A DNA stretch of 64,000 bases from the NCBI GenBank assembly GCA_024229395.1, contig JAAESM010000002.1:27682-91681 (forward strand), given 5' to 3'. The notes beneath the pieces were generated by a model. It had not been told where the DNA came from. It made no database searches and saw only the letters and a program-made list of their open reading frames with translations. This document shows, piece by piece, positions 8,332-17,922 of this stretch (positions are counted from its first letter, which is position 1; every line of letters begins with the position of its first letter). The stretch is from Planctomycetota bacterium. Its GTDB lineage: Bacteria; Planctomycetota; UBA1135. The position numbers and the translations under genes were made by a program.

Positions 8332-9362
8332 ACTTCCGCGAAGTCTCTTCCGACCACAGCGAATATGCTGGTTTCCACGACGCAATCCGCAGCGCAAGTT
8401 CCGGTACACGTGTTATGTGTGCAGGTTTCCAGCGCGCGTTGAGTGCGTTGTTTGATGGTGAAGTACCTGAGCAGCACGCACGCAAGACACTGGCTCACTT
8501 GGAAGCATGTTCTGACTGTTCAGACTTCTTCCACGCCGTGCGTTTGCAGGCTCTTGCTCACCGTGACATGACTGTGCCTGGTTCGTTGGCACGGCGTCTG
8601 CGTCGCCTGCCTGGCCGCGATATCTTCGAAGGCCTCACCGATGCAGAAATCGTTCGTCGTCTTGCAGCAACTCTCTATGAGTTGGGCAAGGCTTATGCAC
8701 TTGCCGGTACGGATGGTGAATACCTGATGCGTATCGCTGAAGAGCCGGTCGAGATCGATTCCTTCGAGAACGGTGAGCTCAAAGAGGCAGCACAACTCGC
8801 GGAAGAAAGTGGCGCATGCCAATCACGCTTCGCGCATATGGTCGGCGATGTCGATTCACACCTCGAGAAGGCCCGCGGATTCCTCTCCGAAGCCTTGCGC
8901 TTGAAGCCACGCTTCGCCGAAGCACATATCTACCTTGGTTTCGTTCACCAAGCAGAAGATCATCAGGATTTGGCCGAGGCCGAATACCTCGAGGTCTTCC
9001 TCAACACGGATCGCCTATTGAACCGCGCACATGCCGCGATTCAACTCGGTCTGATTCATGATCGCGTTAAGGACCACCGTCGGGCCTTACGCTACTACCG
9101 ATGGGTAGTCTCCAGCGGATTGGTTCATCACCAGCCCGAGTTCGCGTTTGTCTTGTACAACATCGCTGTGGAACACATCTCCTTGAGTGAGATGGCAAAG
9201 GCTTTGGAAATGCTCAGCCTGATCCGCAACGACTACAGCGAACTTTGGCCAACCGCAATGGAATGGCTACACAGCTCCGAACACCTTCTCGAGGCTTTGC
9301 GTGGCGATAACGATTGCCGTGTCGAACTCGAACAACTCGAACCGGCTTTCTTTGCCGCGTAG
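8328..9362 (+). CDS. Cytoplasmic anti-sigma factor: zf-HC2 zinc finger plus TPR repeats
   Basis: C...LSALFDGEV....HLEACSDC (HxxxCxxC); TPRs FAEAHIYLGFVH, AHAAIQLGLIH, VLYNIA; no TM segment; ATGA-coupled to the sigma gene. Confidence 0.85.
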   Translation: MNFREVSSDHSEYAGFHDAIRSASSGTRVMCAGFQRALSALFDGEVPEQHARKTLAHLEACSDCSDFFHAVRLQALAHRDMTVPGSLARRLRRLPGRDIFEGLTDAEIVRRLAATLYELGKAYALAGTDGEYLMRIAEEPVEIDSFENGELKEAAQLAEESGACQSRFAHMVGDVDSHLEKARGFLSEALRLKPRFAEAHIYLGFVHQAEDHQDLAEAEYLEVFLNTDRLLNRAHAAIQLGLIHDRVKDHRRALRYYRWVVSSGLVHHQPEFAFVLYNIAVEHISLSEMAKALEMLSLIRNDYSELWPTAMEWLHSSEHLLEALRGDNDCRVELEQLEPAFFAA

Positions 9363-9366
9363 AACG

Positions 9367-10017
9367 ATGATTAACTGGACAACCTTCAAACAGCTCATGA
9401 AGCCGGCTCTCTTGGTCGCGCTTTTGGGTGGGATGTCCCTGCTTGCCACCTCGAATATGCTCGTATCTCAACAGGGCGATTCGCGTACTGGCGGCGATGA
9501 CCATGGCGATAACCCAGTGGTCGGAAGCCTGCCTTGTTACGTGGAGCCTGAGTTGGATCTGATGTTTGGTGGCAACGCGACTTCCGCAATGTTCCCAGTA
9601 CCAACGCTCGCCATGATTGGCGGCACGGATTTGAGCGATCAAATCTTCAATGCAGATGGAGTGCCTTGCGGCCTCGTCAACCGAGGCGGTCTCGGCATGT
9701 TCACCAAGTTAGGCTTGGTCAACTCGGGCTCGATCACCGTGACGCGGTCCGATGCCTTGAAGGGCTTTATGCAGCTTCGTCAATGGCTTCCAGATGCATA
9801 CAACGGTGGCACCATCTCAATGGTCTCCAGCATCGGTAACCCATCACGGACTGTGTTGAGCAACGACTTCGAACTGCCGATCCAGATGATTGCAGCAGCG
9901 CCAGGACCATTCGTCGATGCACGCATCACCATCAAAGGCCCATCTGCAACGGAGCGAACTTTAGTGATCTACATCTCGGCCGTCGGCGACTTGCTCACCG
10001 TGAGCTTCGCGCCGTAA
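9367..10017 (+). CDS. Secreted hypothetical protein
   Basis: Signal-like N-terminus MKPALLVALLGGMSLLA; acidic/Gly linker GGDDHGDNPVVGSLPC; beta-rich remainder. Confidence 0.7.
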   Translation: MINWTTFKQLMKPALLVALLGGMSLLATSNMLVSQQGDSRTGGDDHGDNPVVGSLPCYVEPELDLMFGGNATSAMFPVPTLAMIGGTDLSDQIFNADGVPCGLVNRGGLGMFTKLGLVNSGSITVTRSDALKGFMQLRQWLPDAYNGGTISMVSSIGNPSRTVLSNDFELPIQMIAAAPGPFVDARITIKGPSATERTLVIYISAVGDLLTVSFAP

Positions 10018-10021
10018 CGGA

Positions 10022-11029
10022 ATGGAACCAAGAGTTGCGGTTCCACAAGGGGACCTCGGGGGCATCGCTCCCGAGGTCCTTCTCCATTCATTGGCAAATG
10101 CTTCATTGCGTTCTTCCTGCCGGCCGGTGATCCTCGGGCACCGCGTTGCCCTGGAAGCGATCGCGGCAGAGATGGGCATTGCCATTGAGTTGCAGTCGGT
10201 GTCCACCGCAGAGGAAGGTTTTGCACTCTCGGTGAAGGGAGCCATTCCTGTCTTGGAGTTGGAATCCAGGATGCCTGCAACTACTGCGGCGCCGTCGGCC
10301 GAACTCGGCATGGCAAGCGTGGAAGCAGTCTTGCGTTGCGCCAACCTATGCCTTGAAGATGGCGCAGATGTCATGGTCACGCCACCGCTTCACAAGGAGA
10401 GCATGCACTTGGCAGGCTATCCATTCGAAGGGCAAACGCAGATCCTCGGCGAGACTTGTCGCTCGCGTCGTTATGGCATGCTGGCTTGTGCGGGTGAACT
10501 GCGCGTTCTTGTCGCCACTCGGCACATGGCATTGCGCCAGGCGATCTCTAAGTTGGACCCGCGTTTTGTTGCAAAGCAGATTCGTCTGGCGCATGAAGCC
10601 GCACGTCAGACCCTGGGCCTAAGCGATCCGCGTATCGTCTTGTCGGGCTTGAACCCTCACGCAGGCGAGAACGGTGCCTTCGGTAATGAAGAAGAACTCG
10701 TGCTCGAGCCGGCAATCCAGATCGCCAAAGAGGAATGGGACTTCGACACAGCTGGTCCTGCTGTTCCTGATGTGGTCTTTGGTCAAGGCGCACGTGGCGA
10801 GTGGGATATCGTAATCGCGCTTTATCACGATCAAGCTTTCTTGCCCTTGCGTATGTTGCCGCGGGAAACGGCGTATTCGATATTCGTCGGCGGCAAGATC
10901 CTGCGGACCTCACCTTTGCATGGCACTGCTTACGATATCGCTCGCAGTGGCAAGGCCGATGCGCGTCCGTTTGCTTTCAGCTTAAAACGCGGCATCGACC
11001 TCGCAAAGACGCGACTTACATGCGCGTGA
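10022..11029 (+). CDS. pdxA: PdxA family (4-hydroxythreonine-4-phosphate dehydrogenase-like) protein, divergent
   Basis: GD..GI.PE, LNPHAGE.G.FG.EE, YHDQ, RTS..HGTAYDIA motifs. Confidence 0.8.
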   Translation: MEPRVAVPQGDLGGIAPEVLLHSLANASLRSSCRPVILGHRVALEAIAAEMGIAIELQSVSTAEEGFALSVKGAIPVLELESRMPATTAAPSAELGMASVEAVLRCANLCLEDGADVMVTPPLHKESMHLAGYPFEGQTQILGETCRSRRYGMLACAGELRVLVATRHMALRQAISKLDPRFVAKQIRLAHEAARQTLGLSDPRIVLSGLNPHAGENGAFGNEEELVLEPAIQIAKEEWDFDTAGPAVPDVVFGQGARGEWDIVIALYHDQAFLPLRMLPRETAYSIFVGGKILRTSPLHGTAYDIARSGKADARPFAFSLKRGIDLAKTRLTCA

Positions 11030-12428
11030 GGTAGCGATCCACCTCCCAAGGGTGGACAGCTGCAATGTACTCGCTCCACTCGGTACGCTTGGCGTGTACG
11101 AACTGGCTGAACGCGTGTTCACCTAGAGCTTCTTTCATCACCGAGCTCTTCTCGAGCTGTGTGACGGCCTCGCCGAGGTTGGCAGGCAAGCTCTTGATCT
11201 TCAAGCGAGAGCGCTCGCGCTGGCTCATGCGATAGACGTTACCGGTGACAGCCTTTGGCGGCTCGGTCTTGTTCTTGATTCCGTCCAGGCCGGCAGCCAA
11301 CATTACTGCGAAGGCGAGGTAAGGGTTACAAGATGGATCGGGCATGCGCATCTCACAACGAGTACCGACGCCACGACGGGCAGGAACACGGATCAATGGC
11401 GAGCGGTTGCGCATGGACCATGCGAGGTGTGTTGGTGCCTCATAACCAGGGACCAAGCGCTTGTAGGAGTTGACCGTTGGGTTGGTGATGGCGCACAAGG
11501 AGCGACCATGCTCGAGCAAGCCGCCAACGTAGTGGCGCATCAACTGGGAGATGCCATCGTCAGGAGCGCCTTCTTCGAAGAAGACGTTCTTGCCATCCTT
11601 AAACAAGGACATGTGCACGTGCATGCCGGAACCGTTCGCACCGAAGATTGGCTTTGGCATGAAGGTGGCATGTAGACCCATGTCGCGTGCGATCTTGCGA
11701 ACCACGAAACGGAAGACCGACAGGCGGTCAGCGGTCTCGACGGCGTCGCCGTACTTGAAGTCGATCTCATGCTGACCGGCAGCAACTTCGTGGTGCGAAG
11801 CCTCGATTTCGAAACCAAGCGATTCGAGCGCGATGACAATCTCACGGCGGCACTGCTCACCGAGGTCAGTGGGGGCCAGGTCGAAGTAACCCGCCGCATC
11901 GTGAGTGTTGGTGGTGGCTTCGCCGTTTGGTGTGCGCTGGAAGAGGAAGAACTCGGCCTCCGGACCAGCGTTCATCTCATAACCCATGGCAGCGGCTTCG
12001 GCGCAAACGCGCTTCAGGATGCCGCGCGGGCAACCATCGAATGGCGTGCCTTCTGGCAGACGATAAACATCGCAGATGATGTGAGCGACAAGGCCGTGGC
12101 GGCTGTAGCTCAAACCTTCACTTGGCCATGGATCCACGCGATAGGTGCTGTAGTCAGGGCGCAGCAACATGTCGGACTCTTCAATCCGAGTGAAACCTTC
12201 AATGGAGGAGCCATCGAACATGATCTCGCCATCGAGAGCCTTCTCGAATTGGCTGGAAGGTACCTCAACGTTCTTGTTGGTACCGGCGATGTCGGTGAAC
12301 TGCAGGCGCAGGAAACGTACATCGTGCTTACGCATGTGCGCGAGAATGTCATCCCGGCTCATTTCGTTAGAGATTTCGCGGCAGGCATCGCCTACGAAGC
12401 TGTGGTTTTCCATGGTGAGATTGGTCAT
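11016..12428 (-). CDS. glnA: Glutamine synthetase type I
   Basis: MFDGSSIEGF, HHEVA.GQHEIDF, ATFMPKP..G.NGSGMH, SYKRLVPGYEAP, NRSPLIRVP. Confidence 0.97.
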   Translation of the reverse strand: MTNLTMENHSFVGDACREISNEMSRDDILAHMRKHDVRFLRLQFTDIAGTNKNVEVPSSQFEKALDGEIMFDGSSIEGFTRIEESDMLLRPDYSTYRVDPWPSEGLSYSRHGLVAHIICDVYRLPEGTPFDGCPRGILKRVCAEAAAMGYEMNAGPEAEFFLFQRTPNGEATTNTHDAAGYFDLAPTDLGEQCRREIVIALESLGFEIEASHHEVAAGQHEIDFKYGDAVETADRLSVFRFVVRKIARDMGLHATFMPKPIFGANGSGMHVHMSLFKDGKNVFFEEGAPDDGISQLMRHYVGGLLEHGRSLCAITNPTVNSYKRLVPGYEAPTHLAWSMRNRSPLIRVPARRGVGTRCEMRMPDPSCNPYLAFAVMLAAGLDGIKNKTEPPKAVTGNVYRMSQRERSRLKIKSLPANLGEAVTQLEKSSVMKEALGEHAFSQFVHAKRTEWSEYIAAVHPWEVDRYLTRM

Positions 12429-12715
12429 GAGAAGGTGTGGGGTTCGAAGTGAACGCGAGTAGAATACCTCACAGCCATGAGCCAGGACAGAAAATTGCAG
12501 TAATTGCAAAAACTAGGAGTCACTATTGTCAAACAAATGCGTTATTTACAGAAATGACGCGGAATTGATGGTGAAACCGCAGAAATAAAGGGTCGGAAAT
12601 AAATACCCAATTATCTAAATAATAACCATGAATTGTCGACATCTATTTCAGAGCATGGGGTATTCTATTGGTACAACCCGCGCCTGCAAGGGCGTACCAA
12701 CCGCGTCACAACCCC

Positions 12716-13996
12716 ATGGAACGCTTCGGACTAGTCGGAATTTCGCACCGTCGTGCCTCGGCGGAAGAAATCGGATTCTTTACCCAAAAACCAGCTCTTT
12801 TAGAAGAGCTCAGAGTTGCCCTAGGTGTGGATGAGCTGATCTTGCTCTCCACTTGTAATAGGGTTGAGGTTTATTGGGTCAGCCATCAACGCCAGTCGCC
12901 GGACCAAGTCCTGCGCTCCTTCGCAACATGGCTTTTCCCAGATTCTCCAGAGCTTCGTGCTCTGGCGGATGCGACCTGTATCGCCATGAGTGGCGACGCC
13001 GTCCACCGCCACCTCAACGCTCTGTTGTGTGGTTTGGACTCCTTGGTGCTCGGTGATGAACAAGTCGTTGGCCAATTCCGCAACTCGCTGATTGAAGCTC
13101 GCGAACAGGGAGTTTGTGGTCAGTGGCTCGGCATGCTCGCCGATGAAGCACTGAAGCTTTCGCGCCGAATCCGTCAGCAGGTGGACTACACCCATATGCC
13201 AACTTCGATTTCTGAGGTCGCGGCGGATGTCTTGCGCGCACAGGTACACGGCCAAGGCGGCCGCGTAGTGTTGGTCGGAAGCGGGGAGATGACGGTGACC
13301 TTGGCAGCTCGGCTGGCCGGCTGGGCCGACATGAGCCTGCATTTCGTCAACCGTACCGGTGCCAAGGCCGAGGAGTTCGCCAAACGGTTCGGTGGAACTT
13401 GGCAAGAGCTTAGTGAGTTCCAGGTATGGCCGCAGGACTTCGATTACATGGTCACTGCTACGGCATCTGACGACCCCGTGATCACCGCGGAGTTGTGTGC
13501 CAACCTGCCGGAACAGAAAGCCGAACGCCTGATCCTGGACCTTGGCGTTCCCGCAGACACCGAACCTGCTATCGGCAAACTGCCGGGCTTCACTCGCTTG
13601 GACGTGCTGGAGGTCGGTCGTCGCGTAGAGAAAAACCAGAAGGTCGCCGAGAAGCTCGGTCGTGAAGTGCGTCCATTCTTGCGCGAAGGCTCGCTGCATT
13701 TCCGCGAGAAAATCTTCCGTCGCAACCTAGGTCCCGTTGCGCAAAAACTTCGTGAGTCGGTGGAGGCCCGCGCGCAGAACGAAGTCGACCGTTGGTTGGC
13801 CACTCATCTCTCGCACTTGAGCCAAGAAGATAGTGAGTTGTTCGTTGCCTTCGCCAAGCGTTTGGCCGAGCAGACCGTGCAAGTACCGTTGATAGCATTG
13901 CGTCAGACCATGCGTGAACTGCCCATGGGGGAAGCCCTGCTGCAACGTTTGCGTGAAACCGGTCGACGCCTAGCAACAGAAGATCAGATTCGATGA
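12716..13996 (+). CDS. hemA: Glutamyl-tRNA reductase
   Basis: STCNRVEVY catalytic Cys, GLDSLVLG, GSGEM, DLGVP. Confidence 0.93.
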   Translation: MERFGLVGISHRRASAEEIGFFTQKPALLEELRVALGVDELILLSTCNRVEVYWVSHQRQSPDQVLRSFATWLFPDSPELRALADATCIAMSGDAVHRHLNALLCGLDSLVLGDEQVVGQFRNSLIEAREQGVCGQWLGMLADEALKLSRRIRQQVDYTHMPTSISEVAADVLRAQVHGQGGRVVLVGSGEMTVTLAARLAGWADMSLHFVNRTGAKAEEFAKRFGGTWQELSEFQVWPQDFDYMVTATASDDPVITAELCANLPEQKAERLILDLGVPADTEPAIGKLPGFTRLDVLEVGRRVEKNQKVAEKLGREVRPFLREGSLHFREKIFRRNLGPVAQKLRESVEARAQNEVDRWLATHLSHLSQEDSELFVAFAKRLAEQTVQVPLIALRQTMRELPMGEALLQRLRETGRRLATEDQIR

Positions 13997-14910
13997 AAAA
14001 GCTAAGGCTGGCAACTCGCGGAAGCGACCTCGCAACCACTCAATCTGGTGTGGTCGCAGCTGCCCTGGAAGATGCGACAGGTGTCGGGACCGAACTCGTG
14101 ATCGTGAAGACTATCGGCGACCAACGCCTCGATGTTCACCTTGCGCAAGTCGGTAGCGTCGGACTGTTTACTAAGGAAGTGCAAGACGCAGTCCTCGATG
14201 GGCGCGCCGATTACGCGGTGCATTCCCTCAAGGACCTACCCGCTGAGCAGACTGCCGGGCTTTGTTGCGCGGCCGTTCCTCAGCGTGAAGACACACGCGA
14301 CTGGCTGCTGATTAGGCCTGAGTTTTTTGTTGGTCGTGGCAAGGGGTTGTTGCCACTGATTCCAGGAACTCGAGTCGGCACATCAGCAGCCCGTCGTACT
14401 GCATTCCTTGAGGCGATGGCTCCCGATTGTTCCGCAGAATTACTTCGCGGCAACGTTCCCACGCGTGTGAATAAGTTAGGCAACGGCGATTACGACGCCA
14501 TCCTGTTGGCTGGTGCAGGTCTGCGCCGCCTGGGCCTGGATCTTTCTGCCTTCAAGGTGGTCAAGCTGGACCCGATGATGTGGCCAGGTGCGCCTGGTCA
14601 AGGTGCATTGGCGATCGAATGCCGCGCCGATGATGAAGCGACTCGTGCCTTGATCGGCAAGCTTCATCATGAAGAGACTGCAGCAACTGTAGAGGTCGAG
14701 CGCACGCTATTGCGCGCACTTGGTGGCGGTTGTGGTTTGCCACTCGGCGCTTCTGCTTTCGTGGCTGAAAATGGTTTCCGTTTGGTTGCCGCACTTGGCG
14801 CCACAGAAGAACTGCCAGGTCCGCTGCGCCGCGCCGACGTGACTGAAGATGGAACCAAGCAAGCCATCGCCGCCGCCCACACCGTCCTGCTAACTGCCGA
14901 GGTGCATTGA
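13993..14910 (+). CDS. hemC: Hydroxymethylbilane synthase
   Basis: ATRGS.LA, GLFTKE, AVHSLKDLP, RGNVPTR, LGGGC. Confidence 0.97.
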   Translation: MKKLRLATRGSDLATTQSGVVAAALEDATGVGTELVIVKTIGDQRLDVHLAQVGSVGLFTKEVQDAVLDGRADYAVHSLKDLPAEQTAGLCCAAVPQREDTRDWLLIRPEFFVGRGKGLLPLIPGTRVGTSAARRTAFLEAMAPDCSAELLRGNVPTRVNKLGNGDYDAILLAGAGLRRLGLDLSAFKVVKLDPMMWPGAPGQGALAIECRADDEATRALIGKLHHEETAATVEVERTLLRALGGGCGLPLGASAFVAENGFRLVAALGATEELPGPLRRADVTEDGTKQAIAAAHTVLLTAEVH

Positions 14911-15623
14911 TGAACGCGGCTCCTGTGCTCTGGATTGGGCGCGCGCAGGACCGAGCAGCCCGTTGGTCTGATGCCGCGCAAGCTAGTGGCTGGCAAACGC
15001 AGGTCTTGCCCTTGATTCAAAGCGAAGCCTTGCCGATCTCGGCAGTGGACCAAGCCTTGCTTAGCGGCCTTGGTAAGGAAGACACCCTGTTTCTGACCAG
15101 CGTCCAAGCGGTGAAACAGTTTCAAGAATTCATCACGCTTTGTGGTGGAATGCCCAGCTGTGCGGTCGCCGTGGTTGGACCGGCAACAGCTAAGGCGGCG
15201 GCAGGCATCTTGGGTGGCCGCGAGCCAGACTTCACGGCTCCGCAACATACCGGTGAATCCTTGGCGGAATTGTTCCTTGCAAGCAAGCCGTCGGCACAAT
15301 CCAAGAGAGTCTTCTTTGGCGCCAAACACCCCAATCCAGACCTCGGCGGCGCACTTGCCGTCGCAGGGCTGCCACTAATCTTCGTGGCGGCTTACCATGT
15401 GCTCGGGACACCTGGGCCACCTCCCCCAAGTGGGGAACTGGTTCTGCTCTTTTCTCCTAGTGGTGTCGCCAGTCTGCTCGATCGCGTTGAGCAGGTGAGC
15501 GCCCATCCAGTTCTGGCCGTCGGCCCGACCACCGCCGCCGCCGCTGAACGAAACGGTTTCCCATTGCGCGGAACCCTTGCCAGCCCCACACCTTCTTCAC
15601 TCACTGCCTTCTTGAAGCAATGA
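14910..15623 (+). CDS. hemD: Uroporphyrinogen-III synthase
   Basis: LTS..AV, VGPATA, FSPSGV, VGPTTA motifs; lies between hemC and hemB. Confidence 0.85.
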   Translation: MNAAPVLWIGRAQDRAARWSDAAQASGWQTQVLPLIQSEALPISAVDQALLSGLGKEDTLFLTSVQAVKQFQEFITLCGGMPSCAVAVVGPATAKAAAGILGGREPDFTAPQHTGESLAELFLASKPSAQSKRVFFGAKHPNPDLGGALAVAGLPLIFVAAYHVLGTPGPPPPSGELVLLFSPSGVASLLDRVEQVSAHPVLAVGPTTAAAAERNGFPLRGTLASPTPSSLTAFLKQ

Positions 15624-16612
15624 ACGATTACCGACTCGATTTAGTCCACCGACCCCGACGCTTGCGCGTCAACGAGAACCTTCGCGAGATGGTTGCCGAG
15701 ACGGACCTGCGTACGCGCCAGTTGGTACAGGGTCACTTCGTGATTCCCGGTGAAGGCCAAACGCAAGAAGTCGCTTCGTTACCCGGCGTGAGTCGCTACA
15801 CAGCTGATCAGTTGATCCCTGCGGTCGAGCGCGACTTGGCCAACGGTGTGCGTTCGGTCATGTTGTTCGGAGTGCCGGACCACAAAGATGCCAAGGGTAG
15901 TGGCGCATTGGATCCCGAGGGTGAAGTCCCGAACGCCGTGCGATTGTTGAAGACCGCATTCGGTGATGAGCTCACGGTGATGGCCGATGTCTGTCTGTGC
16001 CCTTACACCGATCATGGTCATTGTGGTTTCGTCGAAGGAGAGCAGGTGGTCAACGACAGCAGTGTGGCGACACTCGCGCAGATGGCGGTAGTGCTTGCAG
16101 AAGCAGGTGTCGATTTCGTCGGCCCCTCCGACATGATGGACGGCCGCATCTCGGAAATACGTCATCATTTGGATGAGGTCGGTTTCGATCGGACTGCGAT
16201 CATTGCTTACTCCGCCAAGTATGCCAGCGCTTTCTACGGTCCCTTCCGCGATGCCGCTGGATCATCACCAAGCTTCGGTGATCGCCGTAGTTATCAAATG
16301 GATCATCGCAACCCGCGTGAAGCGATCCGCGAAGTCCTGTTGGACCTTGAGGAAGGCGCCGACATGGTGATGGTCAAGCCAGCGCTCGCCTACCTCGACA
16401 TCATTCGCGCAGTGCGCGAAGTCTCTACCGTGCCGGTTGCCGCCTACAATGTCAGTGGCGAATACAGCATGGTGCAACTCGCAGTGCGTGAAGGCCTTGC
16501 CGACGAACGCGCCATGGTGCTGGAAATCCTTGGCGGAATCCGTCGGGCCGGCGCCGATCTCATCATCACCTACCACGCGAGCCGAGTGGCCGCAGAAGGT
16601 TGGTTGTCATGA
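15620..16612 (+). CDS. hemB: Porphobilinogen synthase (Zn-type)
   Basis: RPRRLR, DVCLCPYTDHGHCG, PSDMMDGR, YSAKYASAFYGPFRDA, MVKPA. Confidence 0.98.
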   Translation: MNDYRLDLVHRPRRLRVNENLREMVAETDLRTRQLVQGHFVIPGEGQTQEVASLPGVSRYTADQLIPAVERDLANGVRSVMLFGVPDHKDAKGSGALDPEGEVPNAVRLLKTAFGDELTVMADVCLCPYTDHGHCGFVEGEQVVNDSSVATLAQMAVVLAEAGVDFVGPSDMMDGRISEIRHHLDEVGFDRTAIIAYSAKYASAFYGPFRDAAGSSPSFGDRRSYQMDHRNPREAIREVLLDLEEGADMVMVKPALAYLDIIRAVREVSTVPVAAYNVSGEYSMVQLAVREGLADERAMVLEILGGIRRAGADLIITYHASRVAAEGWLS

Positions 16613-17922
16613 CCCAAGTCTCATCCTCAAACGAGACTTCGCAACAGCTCTACTCGCGCGCATGCGCAGTGATGCCTGGCGGAGTCAGCTCTCCCGTGCG
16701 CGCCTACCAATCGGTCGGCGGCCAACCATTCTTCATTGCCTCCGGTTCGGGCTGCCATGTGCAGACCGAAGACGGCGATCAGTACCTCGACTTCATCGGC
16801 TCGTGGGGGCCGTTGATCTTGGGCCACGCGCACCCCGCCGTGACCACTGCCGTACAAGAAGCAGTTGCCTTGGGCACCAGCTTCGGCGCGCCATGTATTC
16901 CAGAGACCGAACTTGCCGAGAAGATCTGCGCGATGTCGCCAGTACTCGACAAGGTTCGCTTCGTGAACTCCGGTACTGAAGCAACCATGTCGGCATTACG
17001 TTTGGCGCGTGCGGCCACTGGCCGCGACGGCTTCATCAAGTTCGATGGTTGCTATCACGGTCACGCCGACTCCTTCCTGGTCAAGGCTGGTTCCGGTCTT
17101 GCCACTTTCGGCGAGAGTTCTTCCTCTGGCGTCCCAGAAGCATGCAGTTCCTTGACCGGCGTGTTGCCGCTCGACGATGAAGCAGCCTTGGAAGAATGGT
17201 TCGCCGCGAATGGTGATCAGACCGCCGCGGTCTTCGTTGAAGGCATTCCCGCGAACTGCGGCCTGTTGCCGCAACGCAAGGAGTGGTGGAAGAAGTTGCG
17301 CGACATCACTCGGGCCCATGGCACCCTGTTGGTCGTCGATGAAGTCATTACTGGCTTCCGTATCGCACCAGGTGGCTTCTGTGGTTTAGAAGGAATCGAT
17401 GCCGACCTGGTCACTTATGGCAAGGTCATCGGTGGCGGCCTTCCAGTCGGCGCTTACGGCGGCCGCAAGGAACTGATGGACATGATTAGCCCTGATGGCG
17501 GCGTCTATCAAGCCGGCACCTTGAGCGGCAACCCATTGTGCATGGCTGCGGGAATCGCAGCATTGGAAGCCGTCGAAAAGGTCGATGGTTGGCAACGCTT
17601 GGAGGAACTAGGTCGTCACTGGGAAGCCCTGCTTGCACCGTTGATCGAACGCGAGAAGGCTGCGGGTAGTCCACTTACCCTCACGCGCTGTGGCTCGTTG
17701 TTCTGGTTGAGCTTTGATGCAAATAATGCACCCCGTTCTTACGAAGCGATTCCTGCAAGTGGCGCCGATCGTTACGGCCGCTTCTTCCACGAGTTGTTGC
17801 AGCGCGGCATCATGGTCGCGCCGTCGGCTTATGAAGTCGGCTTCTTGAACCTGGCCATGAACGAAGAGATTCTCGATGCCGCAGCGAAAACATTCGGTGA
17901 AGCCCTGGAGGCAAGTCGATGA
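16609..17922 (+). CDS. hemL: Glutamate-1-semialdehyde 2,1-aminomutase
   Basis: PGGVSSPVRA, VNSGTEATM, GCYHGH, GKVIGGGLPVGAYGG, AGTLSGNP. Confidence 0.98.
   Translation: MTQVSSSNETSQQLYSRACAVMPGGVSSPVRAYQSVGGQPFFIASGSGCHVQTEDGDQYLDFIGSWGPLILGHAHPAVTTAVQEAVALGTSFGAPCIPETELAEKICAMSPVLDKVRFVNSGTEATMSALRLARAATGRDGFIKFDGCYHGHADSFLVKAGSGLATFGESSSSGVPEACSSLTGVLPLDDEAALEEWFAANGDQTAAVFVEGIPANCGLLPQRKEWWKKLRDITRAHGTLLVVDEVITGFRIAPGGFCGLEGIDADLVTYGKVIGGGLPVGAYGGRKELMDMISPDGGVYQAGTLSGNPLCMAAGIAALEAVEKVDGWQRLEELGRHWEALLAPLIEREKAAGSPLTLTRCGSLFWLSFDANNAPRSYEAIPASGADRYGRFFHELLQRGIMVAPSAYEVGFLNLAMNEEILDAAAKTFGEALEASR

Noticed and set aside
12429..12509. Extended N-termini in the ORF track for glnA (also clpB, hemA and the GCS2 ligase)
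   Set aside because: Downstream ATGs fit the family N-termini and SD or -10 signals better
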